A stretch of DNA of 53,184 bases from Patescibacteria group bacterium (GTDB lineage: Bacteria; Patescibacteriota; Gracilibacteria; UBA1369; UM-FILTER-53-11): positions 1 through 53,184 of the forward strand of contig JBBTWV010000012.1 in the NCBI GenBank assembly GCA_038062615.1. Reading direction: 5' to 3'. The notes beneath the pieces were generated by a model, which saw nothing but the letters and a program-made list of their open reading frames with translations, had not been told where the DNA came from and made no database searches. A program made the position numbers and the translations under genes. Shown here piece after piece: positions 42,060-51,153 of this stretch. Position 1 is the stretch's first letter, and each line of letters begins with the position of its first letter.

Positions 42060-42491
42060 TTATTTGTCGGTTGATCCAAAACCACCGCGGCTTACCTCAC
42101 GAATCTGCTCTACTTCTTCCCATTCAAACGTATCCACTCGAACAAAAATCCCCTGGGCAATTTTTTCGCCGCGAGCAATGGTAACTGGCTGGTCCCTAAA
42201 ATTATAAACCTGAATTTTGATCTCGTCTTTGGGACCGCAATAATCTTTATCAATCACTCCGATGCCGTGGGGTATGAGCAAGCCCTTTTTACGCGGCGTA
42301 GAAGAACGCAAAGAAACCAGGAGCATAAATCCATCCGGCACTTCTACCACCACATTACCAGGCACCAACCCCACATCATGCGCCGGAACAACCGTATCCT
42401 CCCGCGCCAAAAAATCAAAACCCACCGAACCGCTGGTTTCATATTTGGGAAGCGGCAAGCTCTTATCAACTCGCTGAATGCGAACTTTCAT
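42060..42491 (-). CDS. dut: dUTP diphosphatase
   Basis: GSVGFDF, GIGVIDKDYCG, RGEKIAQ, RGGFGST. Confidence 0.8.
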   Translation of the reverse strand: MKVRIQRVDKSLPLPKYETSGSVGFDFLAREDTVVPAHDVGLVPGNVVVEVPDGFMLLVSLRSSTPRKKGLLIPHGIGVIDKDYCGPKDEIKIQVYNFRDQPVTIARGEKIAQGIFVRVDTFEWEEVEQIREVSRGGFGSTDK

Positions 42492-43291
42492 GTTGGCATC
42501 CTAGCATGACCACCCTTTACGCTCATAACCGGACGAATCCTCCCCCGACGGCTCACGAGAGGAGCATCACTTCTTTTGAGTTCAATGACCCCCGTTGTTC
42601 GAATATTGGCAAGGTGACGCCGCGTTTGCTCTGCTATGATTGCCAAATCAACTCCGCTATTCAAAACCATCAATATGTTCGACGGACTGAATCCCGGCTT
42701 CTTTCTATTATCAATCTTCACCGCGTCTTCCAGTTCTTGACCTACAAGTTCCATTCCCACAAATCTTCCTCCATCTCGTTCCCCAAAAAGAGAACTTTGA
42801 CTCATCATTTTATTGAGACGAGCAGGATCAATAAATTCATCTAAAAGAAAACGCAAACCGCCATTGGCGTTGCGGCGCGGCGGACGAAATTCAGGGATGA
42901 CAGCCTCTAATTGTTTCATAAGGAGTCCGGAATAAAGTTCTATCTCTTTTTCAACTTGAGATAAATCTATCTCTCCATCTACACGCTGAGCATGAAGATG
43001 TTGTTCCAAAGCTGCATAATAAGCGGCTACCAAAACTGCCGACGCTTCACGCACAACGTACAGAGGAACCGAAAGTCTAATACCTTCTTTAAAATCGTTG
43101 GCAGCGGACCTTCGCAATTCTGCTTTTACGGCTTCAGGAGTAGTTGTTCCATGCCGTGCCTTCCCTTCCAGAACGCCTGCCCAATGCTTAACGGAAGAGA
43201 CTGATCTTTTTTCACTCACATCAACTCCTCCGGTCTCGACGGCCGGGAGTACTTCTCCAGTAGAGACCAAGCGCATGTCTGAAAACAGCAT
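42488..43291 (-). CDS. Hypothetical protein (267 aa) translationally coupled to dut
   Basis: The ORF stop overlaps the dut ATG (ATGA). It has no TM segment and no motif that I recognise. Confidence 0.5.
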   Translation of the reverse strand: MLFSDMRLVSTGEVLPAVETGGVDVSEKRSVSSVKHWAGVLEGKARHGTTTPEAVKAELRRSAANDFKEGIRLSVPLYVVREASAVLVAAYYAALEQHLHAQRVDGEIDLSQVEKEIELYSGLLMKQLEAVIPEFRPPRRNANGGLRFLLDEFIDPARLNKMMSQSSLFGERDGGRFVGMELVGQELEDAVKIDNRKKPGFSPSNILMVLNSGVDLAIIAEQTRRHLANIRTTGVIELKRSDAPLVSRRGRIRPVMSVKGGHARMPT

Positions 43292-43467
43292 TTTCTAACG
43301 CGGCAGGTTCCTGAGGAATTTGCTCTAGCTCTCCTGTAACTTCTGCAGACATAGGGCAAGTTAAAAGGGCTCTTTTTACCTTGTTTAAGCCGTAAAGTCA
43401 ACGCGAATGACCAACGTTGTTTTGATCTTTGATATCAACTCCTTACCCTGTACCCTATAGCCTGTCT

Positions 43468-44487
43468 ATGGAACATCCCCACAAATTAGATTTAGCGATT
43501 GGCGGACAAGCCCTCATCGAGGGAGTGATGATTCGCTCGCCTTCGTGGGTAGCCATTGCGGTTCGCAAGCCGGATGGCTCTATTATCGTCAAAAAAGATC
43601 CCTTTAAATCGCTTACCACACGCGTAAAACTTTTTAAACTGCCGGTGGTGCGCGGCATTGTCACCGTTTTAGAGACGATGGTGCTAGGTATGAATGCGTT
43701 GAATTTTTCTGCAGAGCAAGCCTTGGGAGAAGACGAAAAAGACTCGAAAAAACCCAAAGAAGGAGCAATAGCCAAAGGAGCGGCACTTACTCTTGATGTC
43801 GCTGCAGATGGAGTTACCGTCTTGATGCAACCATCCAGACGTAGGTCACTGGCTAACGCGGCCTCATTCGCACTCAGCATCATTATTTCCATCGTCTTTG
43901 CCATCTTCCTCTTCAAATTCATTCCCCTCTTTTTAACAGAGCAGTTGCGCAAAATTTTCCCCGCGCTGGCCAACTCCGGCATTCTGTTTAATGTGGTGGA
44001 CGGGCTCATTCGTGTGACGATCTTTTTTCTCTATCTTTTTATTCTCTCGCTTTTCCCTTCATTTAAAAGAGTTTTTCAATATCACGGCGCCGAGCACATG
44101 TCTGTTTTTACCTATGAAAAAGGCCACGAGCTCATTCCGGCGAATGTTGAAAAAGAATCCCCGCGCCACCCGCGCTGCGGTACCAGTTTTATCATCATTA
44201 TTCTCATCGTGAGCATTTTGTTACTCATGCTGGTACCAAGGCATCCGGTTTTTTGGCTCAACTTTTTGCGGCGGCTCGCCATTGTGCCGCTGATTATGGG
44301 GACTGGCTACGAGATCCTCAAATGGACGGCCAAACACCGTTCCCACGCGCTTGTCCGGCTCCTCACCTACCCTGGCATTCTCACGCAATACATTACGACC
44401 AAAAAACCCGACTTAGGCCAAATTGAAGTCGCCCTGGCAGCTACCAAAGCGGCGGTAGAAGCTGAAGGGCAACAGAAAAATAACTAG
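43468..44487 (+). CDS. DUF1385-family membrane protein (YqhQ-like)
   Basis: GGQALIEGVMIRSP, LPVVRGIVTVLETMVLGMNAL, YHGAEHM, PRCGTSF. Start set at the ATG MEHPHK. Confidence 0.8.
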   Translation: MEHPHKLDLAIGGQALIEGVMIRSPSWVAIAVRKPDGSIIVKKDPFKSLTTRVKLFKLPVVRGIVTVLETMVLGMNALNFSAEQALGEDEKDSKKPKEGAIAKGAALTLDVAADGVTVLMQPSRRRSLANAASFALSIIISIVFAIFLFKFIPLFLTEQLRKIFPALANSGILFNVVDGLIRVTIFFLYLFILSLFPSFKRVFQYHGAEHMSVFTYEKGHELIPANVEKESPRHPRCGTSFIIIILIVSILLLMLVPRHPVFWLNFLRRLAIVPLIMGTGYEILKWTAKHRSHALVRLLTYPGILTQYITTKKPDLGQIEVALAATKAAVEAEGQQKNN

Positions 44488-44517
44488 TGCGAGCGAGTGT
44501 AGAAAAGGCAGAATCTC

Positions 44518-44526
44518 TGCTATAAT
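44518..44526 (+). promoter_or_regulatory. Extended -10 (TGcTATAAT) for the helicase fusion gene
   Basis: It lies 26 nt upstream of the ATG at 44553. Confidence 0.45.
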
Positions 44527-44552
44527 AAGGCTCTTGTTAATCAAGAAAGTCT

Positions 44553-47500
44553 ATGATTAATCGTGTGACGCAACAACTGGAGGCCGCGAGTTTTCTGAAG
44601 CATATGGAAGCGCATGCCGAAGAATATCCTCAAGATGAAACAGGTGCGTTACATGCCAGAATAGATGAGAGGCGCGGCAGAACTCGTCTTGAGTGCGCGG
44701 CGGCGTGTTTTGAAGATAATGAAACTTTTCCTGACATGAGTCGGTTGTATCTTGAGCATACCGCGACTACAAGAGAACGTATTTCAAGAGTCACGGATGC
44801 ATTGCGAGATACCGATACCGTTTCACTGCCGTCGTGGCTGACGCTTCGCCGGTCACAAACAAGATTTTTATCGAAATTGCGCGACTATTTTTCGGGCGAT
44901 GTTTTTAGAAGATCCGGCTTTGTAAAATATCCTCCGGGAATCGGTAAGACAGTATTGATCGCTCTTATGATACGTTCTCTCATTGAGCGCATTAACGGAA
45001 CCTCTCTTGTTTTGAGTCAGCGTCGAAAGATCAATGATCAAAACTACCATGAAATTTTATCTTTACAGGACGAGGGCGCGAGCGTAAAAATGGCAGCAAG
45101 CGTTTGCCCAGAGGAAACACCCGATGTTACTATCGCCGCATATACAAAGCTCATTCTGGATAAAGCTGCCAACCTGTCCAGACGCATTTTAAAGGATCAC
45201 TATGACGTGATTTTTTTGGATGAATGCCACAGATCTTTCGGCTTTGAAGCCATCAGAGTTTTACGCGAATATTATCCCGACAGTGTTCTTGTAGGTTTAT
45301 CTGCAACTCCCTATATAGGAGCATCGTTTTCAAGCCAAACACAAATGCGTTCTGCATTTCATTATATTGAAGGAGAAATAGACAACCTTCCCTTGCCGGA
45401 AGCCTGTGCAAGCGGTGAGATCGCTCCTTTGCGAACCATGACGGTTATGCTTAAGGGCACCGATGATGATTCTGAGGATTCGCCTGAGGAAGACGCTGAT
45501 GAATGTGAACCCCCGTTTTTGAGTGTTGATACTAAGACTAGAATTGCAACTGCAATTTGCAAGGATTATATCCCGGCCGGTGAGCAGGGAATTATTTTTC
45601 TTCGGAACAGGCTTGAGGCAAGTTTAGTTGCCGATGCTCTTAAAGCAGCCGGTCTTAAAGCCGAATTTATTTGTGGCGGCGCAGGGACAGCATTTTCTCA
45701 AACAACATATATGAGAAGAAAGGAAGTCGAAGACAGACTTCGTCGATTTCAAGCCGGTGATACACAATATATCACGAATGTTGAGTCTTTAATTGAAGGT
45801 GCAAACTTTGAAAATTTAAAACATGTTATTAATTTAAGTGATACCCGTTCAGTCTGGGAGTTTGAACAGATGATCGGTCGCGCAACGCGATTGGATCCAA
45901 AAGACCCCGAAAAAATCGCTACTATTTGGGATACGGTAGTGGAAGGGAGGAAAGGAGGCCGGTGTACCCTGATCGGCTTGGCGGCTTTTTATGGGCAGCA
46001 TAAAGAAGAATATCTGAACGGAGAGGTAATCTTTGGTCCGCCAGAAAGGAAACAAGTTTGCATGCCTAGCTTTGCTCCATTTTCCTTGTTCGGCATCGAT
46101 GCCGAATTATCAGAAATAATTTTAGCCGAACAGATAGATAGAATAGCGACCCCGATGGATCACGAATATTTCAAAAAAATTGATGAAAATGTGAAGCCGG
46201 ATTTGGCTGCGTTTGCACGCGCTGCCGGAGTTGGAGGCGCACGAAGCTTAACAGGCAGTCATCTTTCCTGGAGCGCAACATGCATGAACGGCGAGACTAT
46301 TACATTTGAAACCTATGTTGCGCGGTGGGCTGCAGCTATGCAAATGGCAAAAGACACTACGTCGGCTAGGGAAAACATATGTGACTTTGTATATAAACTG
46401 CTGCATTTTGCCGGATGCACCGTGAAAAAAATGGACGCACAGTATTATGAAGATACTGAAGGTAATGTAAAACCTGATATGCGCCGGTTTGCAGGGGAGG
46501 CGGGTTTGGAAAGCCCTGCAGAATTAACGACGACACATTTTTCAGAAAAGATCACGTGCGAAAGCGGAAAGTATTTGAGCTTGCAAGCCTACGTGATTAA
46601 GTGTGCGCTTAAGACGAAAAGGGCTAAAACCCATGAAGAGGCCAAAGGGAACCAGGGAAGGCTTTTGCGTGAACTTTTACAGCGTTGCGGGTACGCCGTG
46701 AAAGAAAAAGCCGAAGTCAAGATCGAAATGGATGCGGCATACTTTAAAAACATTCAAGGCAATGTAATTCCCGATATGCAAGGCTTTGCCAATGCGGCCG
46801 GTGTTAAGAGTCCGGCAGATTTAACGACAACTGATATTCAGAAAAAAAGCAGATGTCAAAACGGGGAAATTCCTAATTTAGAAACATACATTTGTCGATG
46901 GGCAGTGAGTCTTGGGCATGCAAAAAATAATGACGATGTGCACTCGAAAATTTCCAAAATGCTCGATCAGCTTTTACGATACTGCGGATATGCAATCGCC
47001 GAAAAGATTGAGTTTGAGGAAATGGATGAGGCTTATTTTAAGAACATGAAAGGTACTGTAGAGCCGGATGTCGCTGGTTTCGTGGCTGCTGCCGGAGTTT
47101 CATCTGCTGCAGATCTTGCAGGCGTACAACACCGTTCTGTAAGAAGCAGGTGTAAAAATGGAGAAAGTCCAATGTGGCAAACCTATGTTGCAAGGTGGGC
47201 AAAAGCGCTTAAGCATGTAAAAAATGCAAAGGATGCACTCAAGGAATTTGATAAAATCAGCTGTAAGTTTTTGAGATATTGCGGATATGAGGTTGAAGAA
47301 AAAGAGGAATTTTTGAAAATGGACAAAGAGTACTTCATGAAAGTGCGACAAAATCTCATGCCAGACGTTGCTGGTTTTCTGGCTGCGGCAGGTGTTATGA
47401 GCGTTGCCGATCTTAGGGGGAGAAGGCATTTTGATGTTGAAAGCAGATGTAGTAATGGCGAAATTATTTCTTTGAAAAGGTTTATCTGTCGATGGTCAGT

Positions 47501-48101
47501 AGCCACGGGAAGAGTAAAAATCCAGAAGGACGCTGAAAGATGGTGCACACGTTTGCTAAGAGAATTTGTTGAATGGTATCAATCTCTCGATCTCTCGATC
47601 CCTCCGGCGGCGAATGTCCTTTCCGATGTGGTCTGCAAAGAACTTGAACCGGTTGTTAGAAAATCTGCCGAACGTTATAGAAAATTCGTAGATGTTGGCG
47701 ATATTGTGAACGAAGTTTTTTTGAGGATCTTGGAAGTGTTGCAGCAAGATCCATCAGCCAGATTTGAAGCAGATGCTCTTGAGGAGCTTGTTGGTGAAGC
47801 CGCGGCACATTTGAGAAGAGATTCAGGAGACCACGGGGATGTGGAGTATATCGATACCTTCGCTCCACATAATCGATTTGATGGAGATTCTAAAGAAACC
47901 GCAGGTCACGTAAGTTTAATCAGCGATGTGGTAGAGAGACTTTCCGAGCCTGCAAGAACAATTATCTCAATGCAATTGGCTGGACATTCCGAGCAAGAAA
48001 TCGCAACAGCTTTAAAAATCAAAAAACCAAAAGTAGCATCGTTGATTAAAAATGCTCATGAAGATTTTCGCAGATTGTATCAAATCAAAGAAGATTCCTA
48101 A
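44553..48101 (+). CDS. SF2 helicase (ResIII/DEAH-like) fused to 5 tandem ~97-aa repeats and a sigma-70-like C-terminal module
   Basis: Motif I PPGIGKT (about 44931), II DECH (45219-45230), III SAT, VI QMIGRATR (45867-45890). Repeats span 46155-47583. The C-terminus has DIVNEVFLRILE (region-2-like) and LSEPARTIISMQLAGHSEQEIATALKIKKPKVASLIKNAHEDFRRL (region-4 HTH-like). Confidence 0.75.
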   Translation: MINRVTQQLEAASFLKHMEAHAEEYPQDETGALHARIDERRGRTRLECAAACFEDNETFPDMSRLYLEHTATTRERISRVTDALRDTDTVSLPSWLTLRRSQTRFLSKLRDYFSGDVFRRSGFVKYPPGIGKTVLIALMIRSLIERINGTSLVLSQRRKINDQNYHEILSLQDEGASVKMAASVCPEETPDVTIAAYTKLILDKAANLSRRILKDHYDVIFLDECHRSFGFEAIRVLREYYPDSVLVGLSATPYIGASFSSQTQMRSAFHYIEGEIDNLPLPEACASGEIAPLRTMTVMLKGTDDDSEDSPEEDADECEPPFLSVDTKTRIATAICKDYIPAGEQGIIFLRNRLEASLVADALKAAGLKAEFICGGAGTAFSQTTYMRRKEVEDRLRRFQAGDTQYITNVESLIEGANFENLKHVINLSDTRSVWEFEQMIGRATRLDPKDPEKIATIWDTVVEGRKGGRCTLIGLAAFYGQHKEEYLNGEVIFGPPERKQVCMPSFAPFSLFGIDAELSEIILAEQIDRIATPMDHEYFKKIDENVKPDLAAFARAAGVGGARSLTGSHLSWSATCMNGETITFETYVARWAAAMQMAKDTTSARENICDFVYKLLHFAGCTVKKMDAQYYEDTEGNVKPDMRRFAGEAGLESPAELTTTHFSEKITCESGKYLSLQAYVIKCALKTKRAKTHEEAKGNQGRLLRELLQRCGYAVKEKAEVKIEMDAAYFKNIQGNVIPDMQGFANAAGVKSPADLTTTDIQKKSRCQNGEIPNLETYICRWAVSLGHAKNNDDVHSKISKMLDQLLRYCGYAIAEKIEFEEMDEAYFKNMKGTVEPDVAGFVAAAGVSSAADLAGVQHRSVRSRCKNGESPMWQTYVARWAKALKHVKNAKDALKEFDKISCKFLRYCGYEVEEKEEFLKMDKEYFMKVRQNLMPDVAGFLAAAGVMSVADLRGRRHFDVESRCSNGEIISLKRFICRWSVATGRVKIQKDAERWCTRLLREFVEWYQSLDLSIPPAANVLSDVVCKELEPVVRKSAERYRKFVDVGDIVNEVFLRILEVLQQDPSARFEADALEELVGEAAAHLRRDSGDHGDVEYIDTFAPHNRFDGDSKETAGHVSLISDVVERLSEPARTIISMQLAGHSEQEIATALKIKKPKVASLIKNAHEDFRRLYQIKEDS
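46155..47583 (+). repeat. Five in-frame tandem coding repeats (276-297 nt each)
   Basis: Units start at 46155, 46431, 46728, 47022 and 47319. Each opens MD.(E/A/Q)Y(F/Y) and carries V.PD+..F...AGV.S.A(D/E)L, C.NGE, Y+.RWA and L(L/R).CGY. Confidence 0.85.
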
Positions 48102-48118
48102 TCTCGGGGGTAAGGACA

Positions 48119-48823
48119 CTACTTCCCTACTTCCTGCAGGGTTTTATTCACATCCAACGGGATTCCAGGACCCATCGTCGTGGTTACCGTCATGGATTGA
48201 ATAAAAATACCCTTGGCTCCCGCCGGCTTGTTTTGCAAAATACCGCGCACAAAAGCCTTTAAATTTTCTTCTAAATGAGCAGGGCTAAAGGAAACCTTCC
48301 CAAAAATATTGTGAAGGTTGGCCAACTTATCCATACGGAACTCCACCTTTCCCTTAATAATTTCACCAATCGTTTTAGAAATATCAGTAGTTACCGTTCC
48401 AGCCTTTGGATTTGGCATAAGACCTTTCTGACCCAGCGTCTTGGCAACTTTACCAAGGTTTTTCATGACGTCCGGAGTAGCCACCGCCACATCAAAATCC
48501 AACCAACCTTTGGCAATCTTCTCTACCAAATCATCAGCTCCAGCCTCAATCGCACCCGCTGCCTTAGCAGCCTTTTGATTGGCCTCCATAACGAAAGCAA
48601 TAACACGAACCGTCTTACCCGTACCATTTGGCATCACTACCGTTCCACGCAAAAGCTGATCTGCCTGTTTTGGATCCAAGCCCAGCTTCATGTGGACCTC
48701 ACAAGAAGAATCGAACTTGGTGGTAGAAGTTTTCTTAAGGAGCTCAATTGCTTCGCCCAAGGCGTAAGCCTGTTTTTCTATTAACTTTTTGACTGCTACA
48801 TATTTTTTACCGCGCTTTTTCAT
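48119..48823 (-). CDS. rplA: 50S ribosomal protein L1
   Basis: KRGKKY, GTVVMPNGTGKTVRVIAF, and a length of 234 aa. Confidence 0.95.
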   Translation of the reverse strand: MKKRGKKYVAVKKLIEKQAYALGEAIELLKKTSTTKFDSSCEVHMKLGLDPKQADQLLRGTVVMPNGTGKTVRVIAFVMEANQKAAKAAGAIEAGADDLVEKIAKGWLDFDVAVATPDVMKNLGKVAKTLGQKGLMPNPKAGTVTTDISKTIGEIIKGKVEFRMDKLANLHNIFGKVSFSPAHLEENLKAFVRGILQNKPAGAKGIFIQSMTVTTTMGPGIPLDVNKTLQEVGK

Positions 48824-48844
48824 AGTGAATGAGTTACGATTACT

Positions 48845-48878
48845 AGATTGCTTCGCCCTAGGAGGGCTCGCAATGACA
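48845..48878 (+). repeat. LAMT hairpin element, copy F (rplK-rplA spacer)
   Basis: AGATTGCTTCGCCCTAGGAGGGCTCGCAATGACA. Confidence 0.8.
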
Positions 48879-48879
48879 T

Positions 48880-49305
48880 TTATTCTTCTATGGTGACTCC
48901 CATAGAACGAGCCGTACCAGCCACAATTTTCATAGCAGCCTCAATGGTATTGGCATTAAGGTCGGGCATTTTGGTTTGGGCAATTTCTTTAAGCTGAGCC
49001 TTTTTGAGAATACCAATCTTCTCTTTATTTGGCACACCCGAGCCCTTAGTAACACCAAGCGCCTTGCAAATAAGGAACGAAGCCGGCGGCGTTTTGGTAA
49101 TAAAGCTAAACGTGCGGTCTTCGTAAATGCTGATTTCAACCGGCACTATCGTGTCACCCATTTTGTTGGTGCGGTCGTTAAACTTTTTGCAGAAATCGGC
49201 AATTTGTACGCCATGCTGACCCAATGCCGGGCCAATTGGCGGGGCTGGATTAGCTTTACCTGCTGGAATTTGAAGCTTTACGACGGTGAGAACTTTTTTG
49301 GCCAT
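48880..49305 (-). CDS. rplK: 50S ribosomal protein L11
   Basis: [33 protein letters not shown]. Confidence 0.95.
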   Translation of the reverse strand: MAKKVLTVVKLQIPAGKANPAPPIGPALGQHGVQIADFCKKFNDRTNKMGDTIVPVEISIYEDRTFSFITKTPPASFLICKALGVTKGSGVPNKEKIGILKKAQLKEIAQTKMPDLNANTIEAAMKIVAGTARSMGVTIEE

Positions 49306-49383
49306 CAGTGCTAGCGAAGCGAGCACCTTCTATAAAACTGTAAGGGTGCGATGCTTCGAGTTAGAGAATAGAAAGCGAGGGAA

Positions 49384-50079
49384 CTAAAGGGTTAACAGCT
49401 GAATAAACTTTTTTATCTGAGCGTGATAGGTTTTTACATAGGCAAAGCCATAAATGGTCTTCCCTATTTTGACCGTCAGGAAGGCTTCATCAGGCTTCTT
49501 GGCGTGGTTGATATAAAAGGAGCGATCTCCGTACGCGTTTGTTTCGTTGAGTGATAAATCTATATAGGGTTTTGTTTTGTTTTGCAAGAGAACATAAAGC
49601 TGAAGTGCGCGAATCTCATCTCGAAGGGATATTTCGGTGACGGCGGCAACAGGGGTGGCGCCGGGCGAAGCATCCTGTGAAACCTCAAAAAAATTGATGC
49701 CATCCACGGGAATTTGAGAAATATCGAGGAGCTGGTAAAGTTTCCCTTCAAAATGCTTCTCGGTGGGGCTTCCTGTAAAACCGGTAGCAGTGAATAATTC
49801 TGAGGTGAGTTTTGCAGAAGGGCTGGTGGTAATTGGCAATACCACGACCGGAGGCGACGGCTGAGCTGGGGGCGGAGAATCGTCCAAAGGCGCAGGAGGA
49901 GCAGATGATGCCAAGCCTGCCTCACCAGGAGAATCACTGGTTACACTTTCATCAAAAGAAACCACACTCGCGTTACCATCACCAAAATATTGACGCACCG
50001 CCAAATCAGCCATGACGGTTATAACCGAGACAACAAGAATTACGGTAAAAATAGTAAATTTATTCACAAACGTGAGCAT
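49384..50079 (-). CDS. Membrane-anchored hypothetical protein inserted between nusG and rplK
   Basis: Anchor FTIFTVILVVSVITVMA. Pro-rich linker APPAPLDDSPPPAQPSPP. No motif recognised. Confidence 0.55.
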   Translation of the reverse strand: MLTFVNKFTIFTVILVVSVITVMADLAVRQYFGDGNASVVSFDESVTSDSPGEAGLASSAPPAPLDDSPPPAQPSPPVVVLPITTSPSAKLTSELFTATGFTGSPTEKHFEGKLYQLLDISQIPVDGINFFEVSQDASPGATPVAAVTEISLRDEIRALQLYVLLQNKTKPYIDLSLNETNAYGDRSFYINHAKKPDEAFLTVKIGKTIYGFAYVKTYHAQIKKFIQLLTL

Positions 50080-50123
50080 ACAATAAATAGGGATGAGGGA
50101 ACAGGCCCAAGTCCTACGTTTGT

Positions 50124-50150
50124 AGATTGCTTCGCCTCGCTCGCAATGAA
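50124..50150 (+). repeat. LAMT hairpin element, copy G (short)
   Basis: AGATTGCTTCGCCTCGCTCGCAATGAA. Confidence 0.7.
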
Positions 50151-50155
50151 AATCC

Positions 50156-50701
50156 CTATTTTTTCCTTACCTGCGTAAAATCCAATTCCACCGGCGTCTC
50201 GCGACCAAAAATCGTAATCATCACCTTCACTTTGCCTTTTTCTTCATCCACGCTGTTTACAATACCATCGTAGTTTACAAATGGACCATCCAACACCACC
50301 ACGTTGTCCCCAATCTGGAAATCAATCTTAAATTTGGGCTCAATGGCACCCATGCGGGTCTTTACTACATTCCATTCTTCGGCAGAAACCGGCACAGGAA
50401 TGGTTCCAGATCCCACAAAGCCCGTCACGTTAGGCGTGTTGCGAACCACATACCAAGACTCATCCGTTACCAGCATATCCACAAGAACATAACCGGGAAA
50501 AAGCTTCTTTTTTTCTTCTTTGGGCTGGCCTTTTTTAATCACAATTTGGCTTTCTTTTGGCACCACCACATCAAAAATATAATCCTGCATACTGGTGGAC
50601 TCTATACGCTGGAGGAGAGCCTCGCGAACGGCGTCTTCATAACCGGAATAGGTGTGGACAACATACCAGTGGCGTCCGGTACCGGGAGCTTGCTTTGGCA
50701 T
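50156..50701 (-). CDS. nusG: Transcription termination/antitermination protein NusG
   Basis: WYVVHTYSGYE, PGYVLV, and the KOW motif GDNVVVLDGPFVNYDGIV. Confidence 0.95.
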   Translation of the reverse strand: MPKQAPGTGRHWYVVHTYSGYEDAVREALLQRIESTSMQDYIFDVVVPKESQIVIKKGQPKEEKKKLFPGYVLVDMLVTDESWYVVRNTPNVTGFVGSGTIPVPVSAEEWNVVKTRMGAIEPKFKIDFQIGDNVVVLDGPFVNYDGIVNSVDEEKGKVKVMITIFGRETPVELDFTQVRKK

Positions 50702-50713
50702 AAGAAGTGACTT

Positions 50714-50935
50714 TTAGCTCTGAGATAAAGTAAAAAGATAGCGGTACCCAAAATTGAAAATGAAATCAATACCGGCAATGGCGAGGGCAGAAATACCTAC
50801 AAATACCACAACAAGGATGCAAATATTAACCGCACGATGACGGGTTGGCCACGCCACCTTACCAAGTTCCTGAAGACTTTCTACAAAATAATTGACGAAA
50901 GGGTTTCTTTTTTTAGGTTCCGTATTTTCAGACAT
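50714..50935 (-). CDS. secE: Preprotein translocase subunit SecE
   Basis: About 73 aa. EL.KV.WP motif (ELGKVAWPTR) followed by a single TM span. It lies directly upstream of nusG. Confidence 0.8.
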   Translation of the reverse strand: MSENTEPKKRNPFVNYFVESLQELGKVAWPTRHRAVNICILVVVFVGISALAIAGIDFIFNFGYRYLFTLSQS

Positions 50936-50958
50936 AAATGTGGAGTTCACTTATTTGT

Positions 50959-51003
50959 AGCCTCGCCACGGCTCGGCCTCCTTTAAAAAGCGGCTAGGCC
51001 GAG
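50959..51003 (+). repeat. GCR core plus 8-bp hairpin
   Basis: AGCCTCGCCACGGCTCGGCCT is followed by ..AGGCCGAG, which pairs with CTCGGCCT. Confidence 0.7.
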
Positions 51004-51038
51004 AATTAAATTAACGTATATCCGTATTTTCTGCAAGA

Positions 51039-51114
51039 GGAATTTGCTCGCCGAATAGAAATTTTCCTTCGCTCCGTCACGCCTTGCGTGACTACGCTTC
51101 GGACCGCAAATTTC
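51039..51114. repeat. LH-related hairpin element, copy 4 (short, different apex)
   Basis: Arms AATTTGC..CCGAA / TTCGG..GCAAATT. Apex GTCACGC-CTT-GCGTGAC. The reverse complement, GCGAAATTTGCGGTCCGAAGCG, resembles copy 1 GCGAAAACGCCGAAGCG. Confidence 0.5.
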
Positions 51115-51138
51115 GCACTTATCCACAAGGTTATTTTC

Positions 51139-51147
51139 TGGTATAAT
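51139..51147 (+). promoter_or_regulatory. Extended -10 (TGgTATAAT), 6 nt before the ATG (leaderless configuration)
   Basis: TGGTATAAT-GGTGGG-ATG(51154). Confidence 0.5.
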
Positions 51148-51153
51148 GGTGGG

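Noticed and set aside
48824-48879. The LAMT element between rplK and rplA as the L1 autoregulatory mRNA site.
   Set aside because: The same element occurs at six unrelated loci. In the bacterial model the L1 operator lies in the leader upstream of rplK, not in this spacer.
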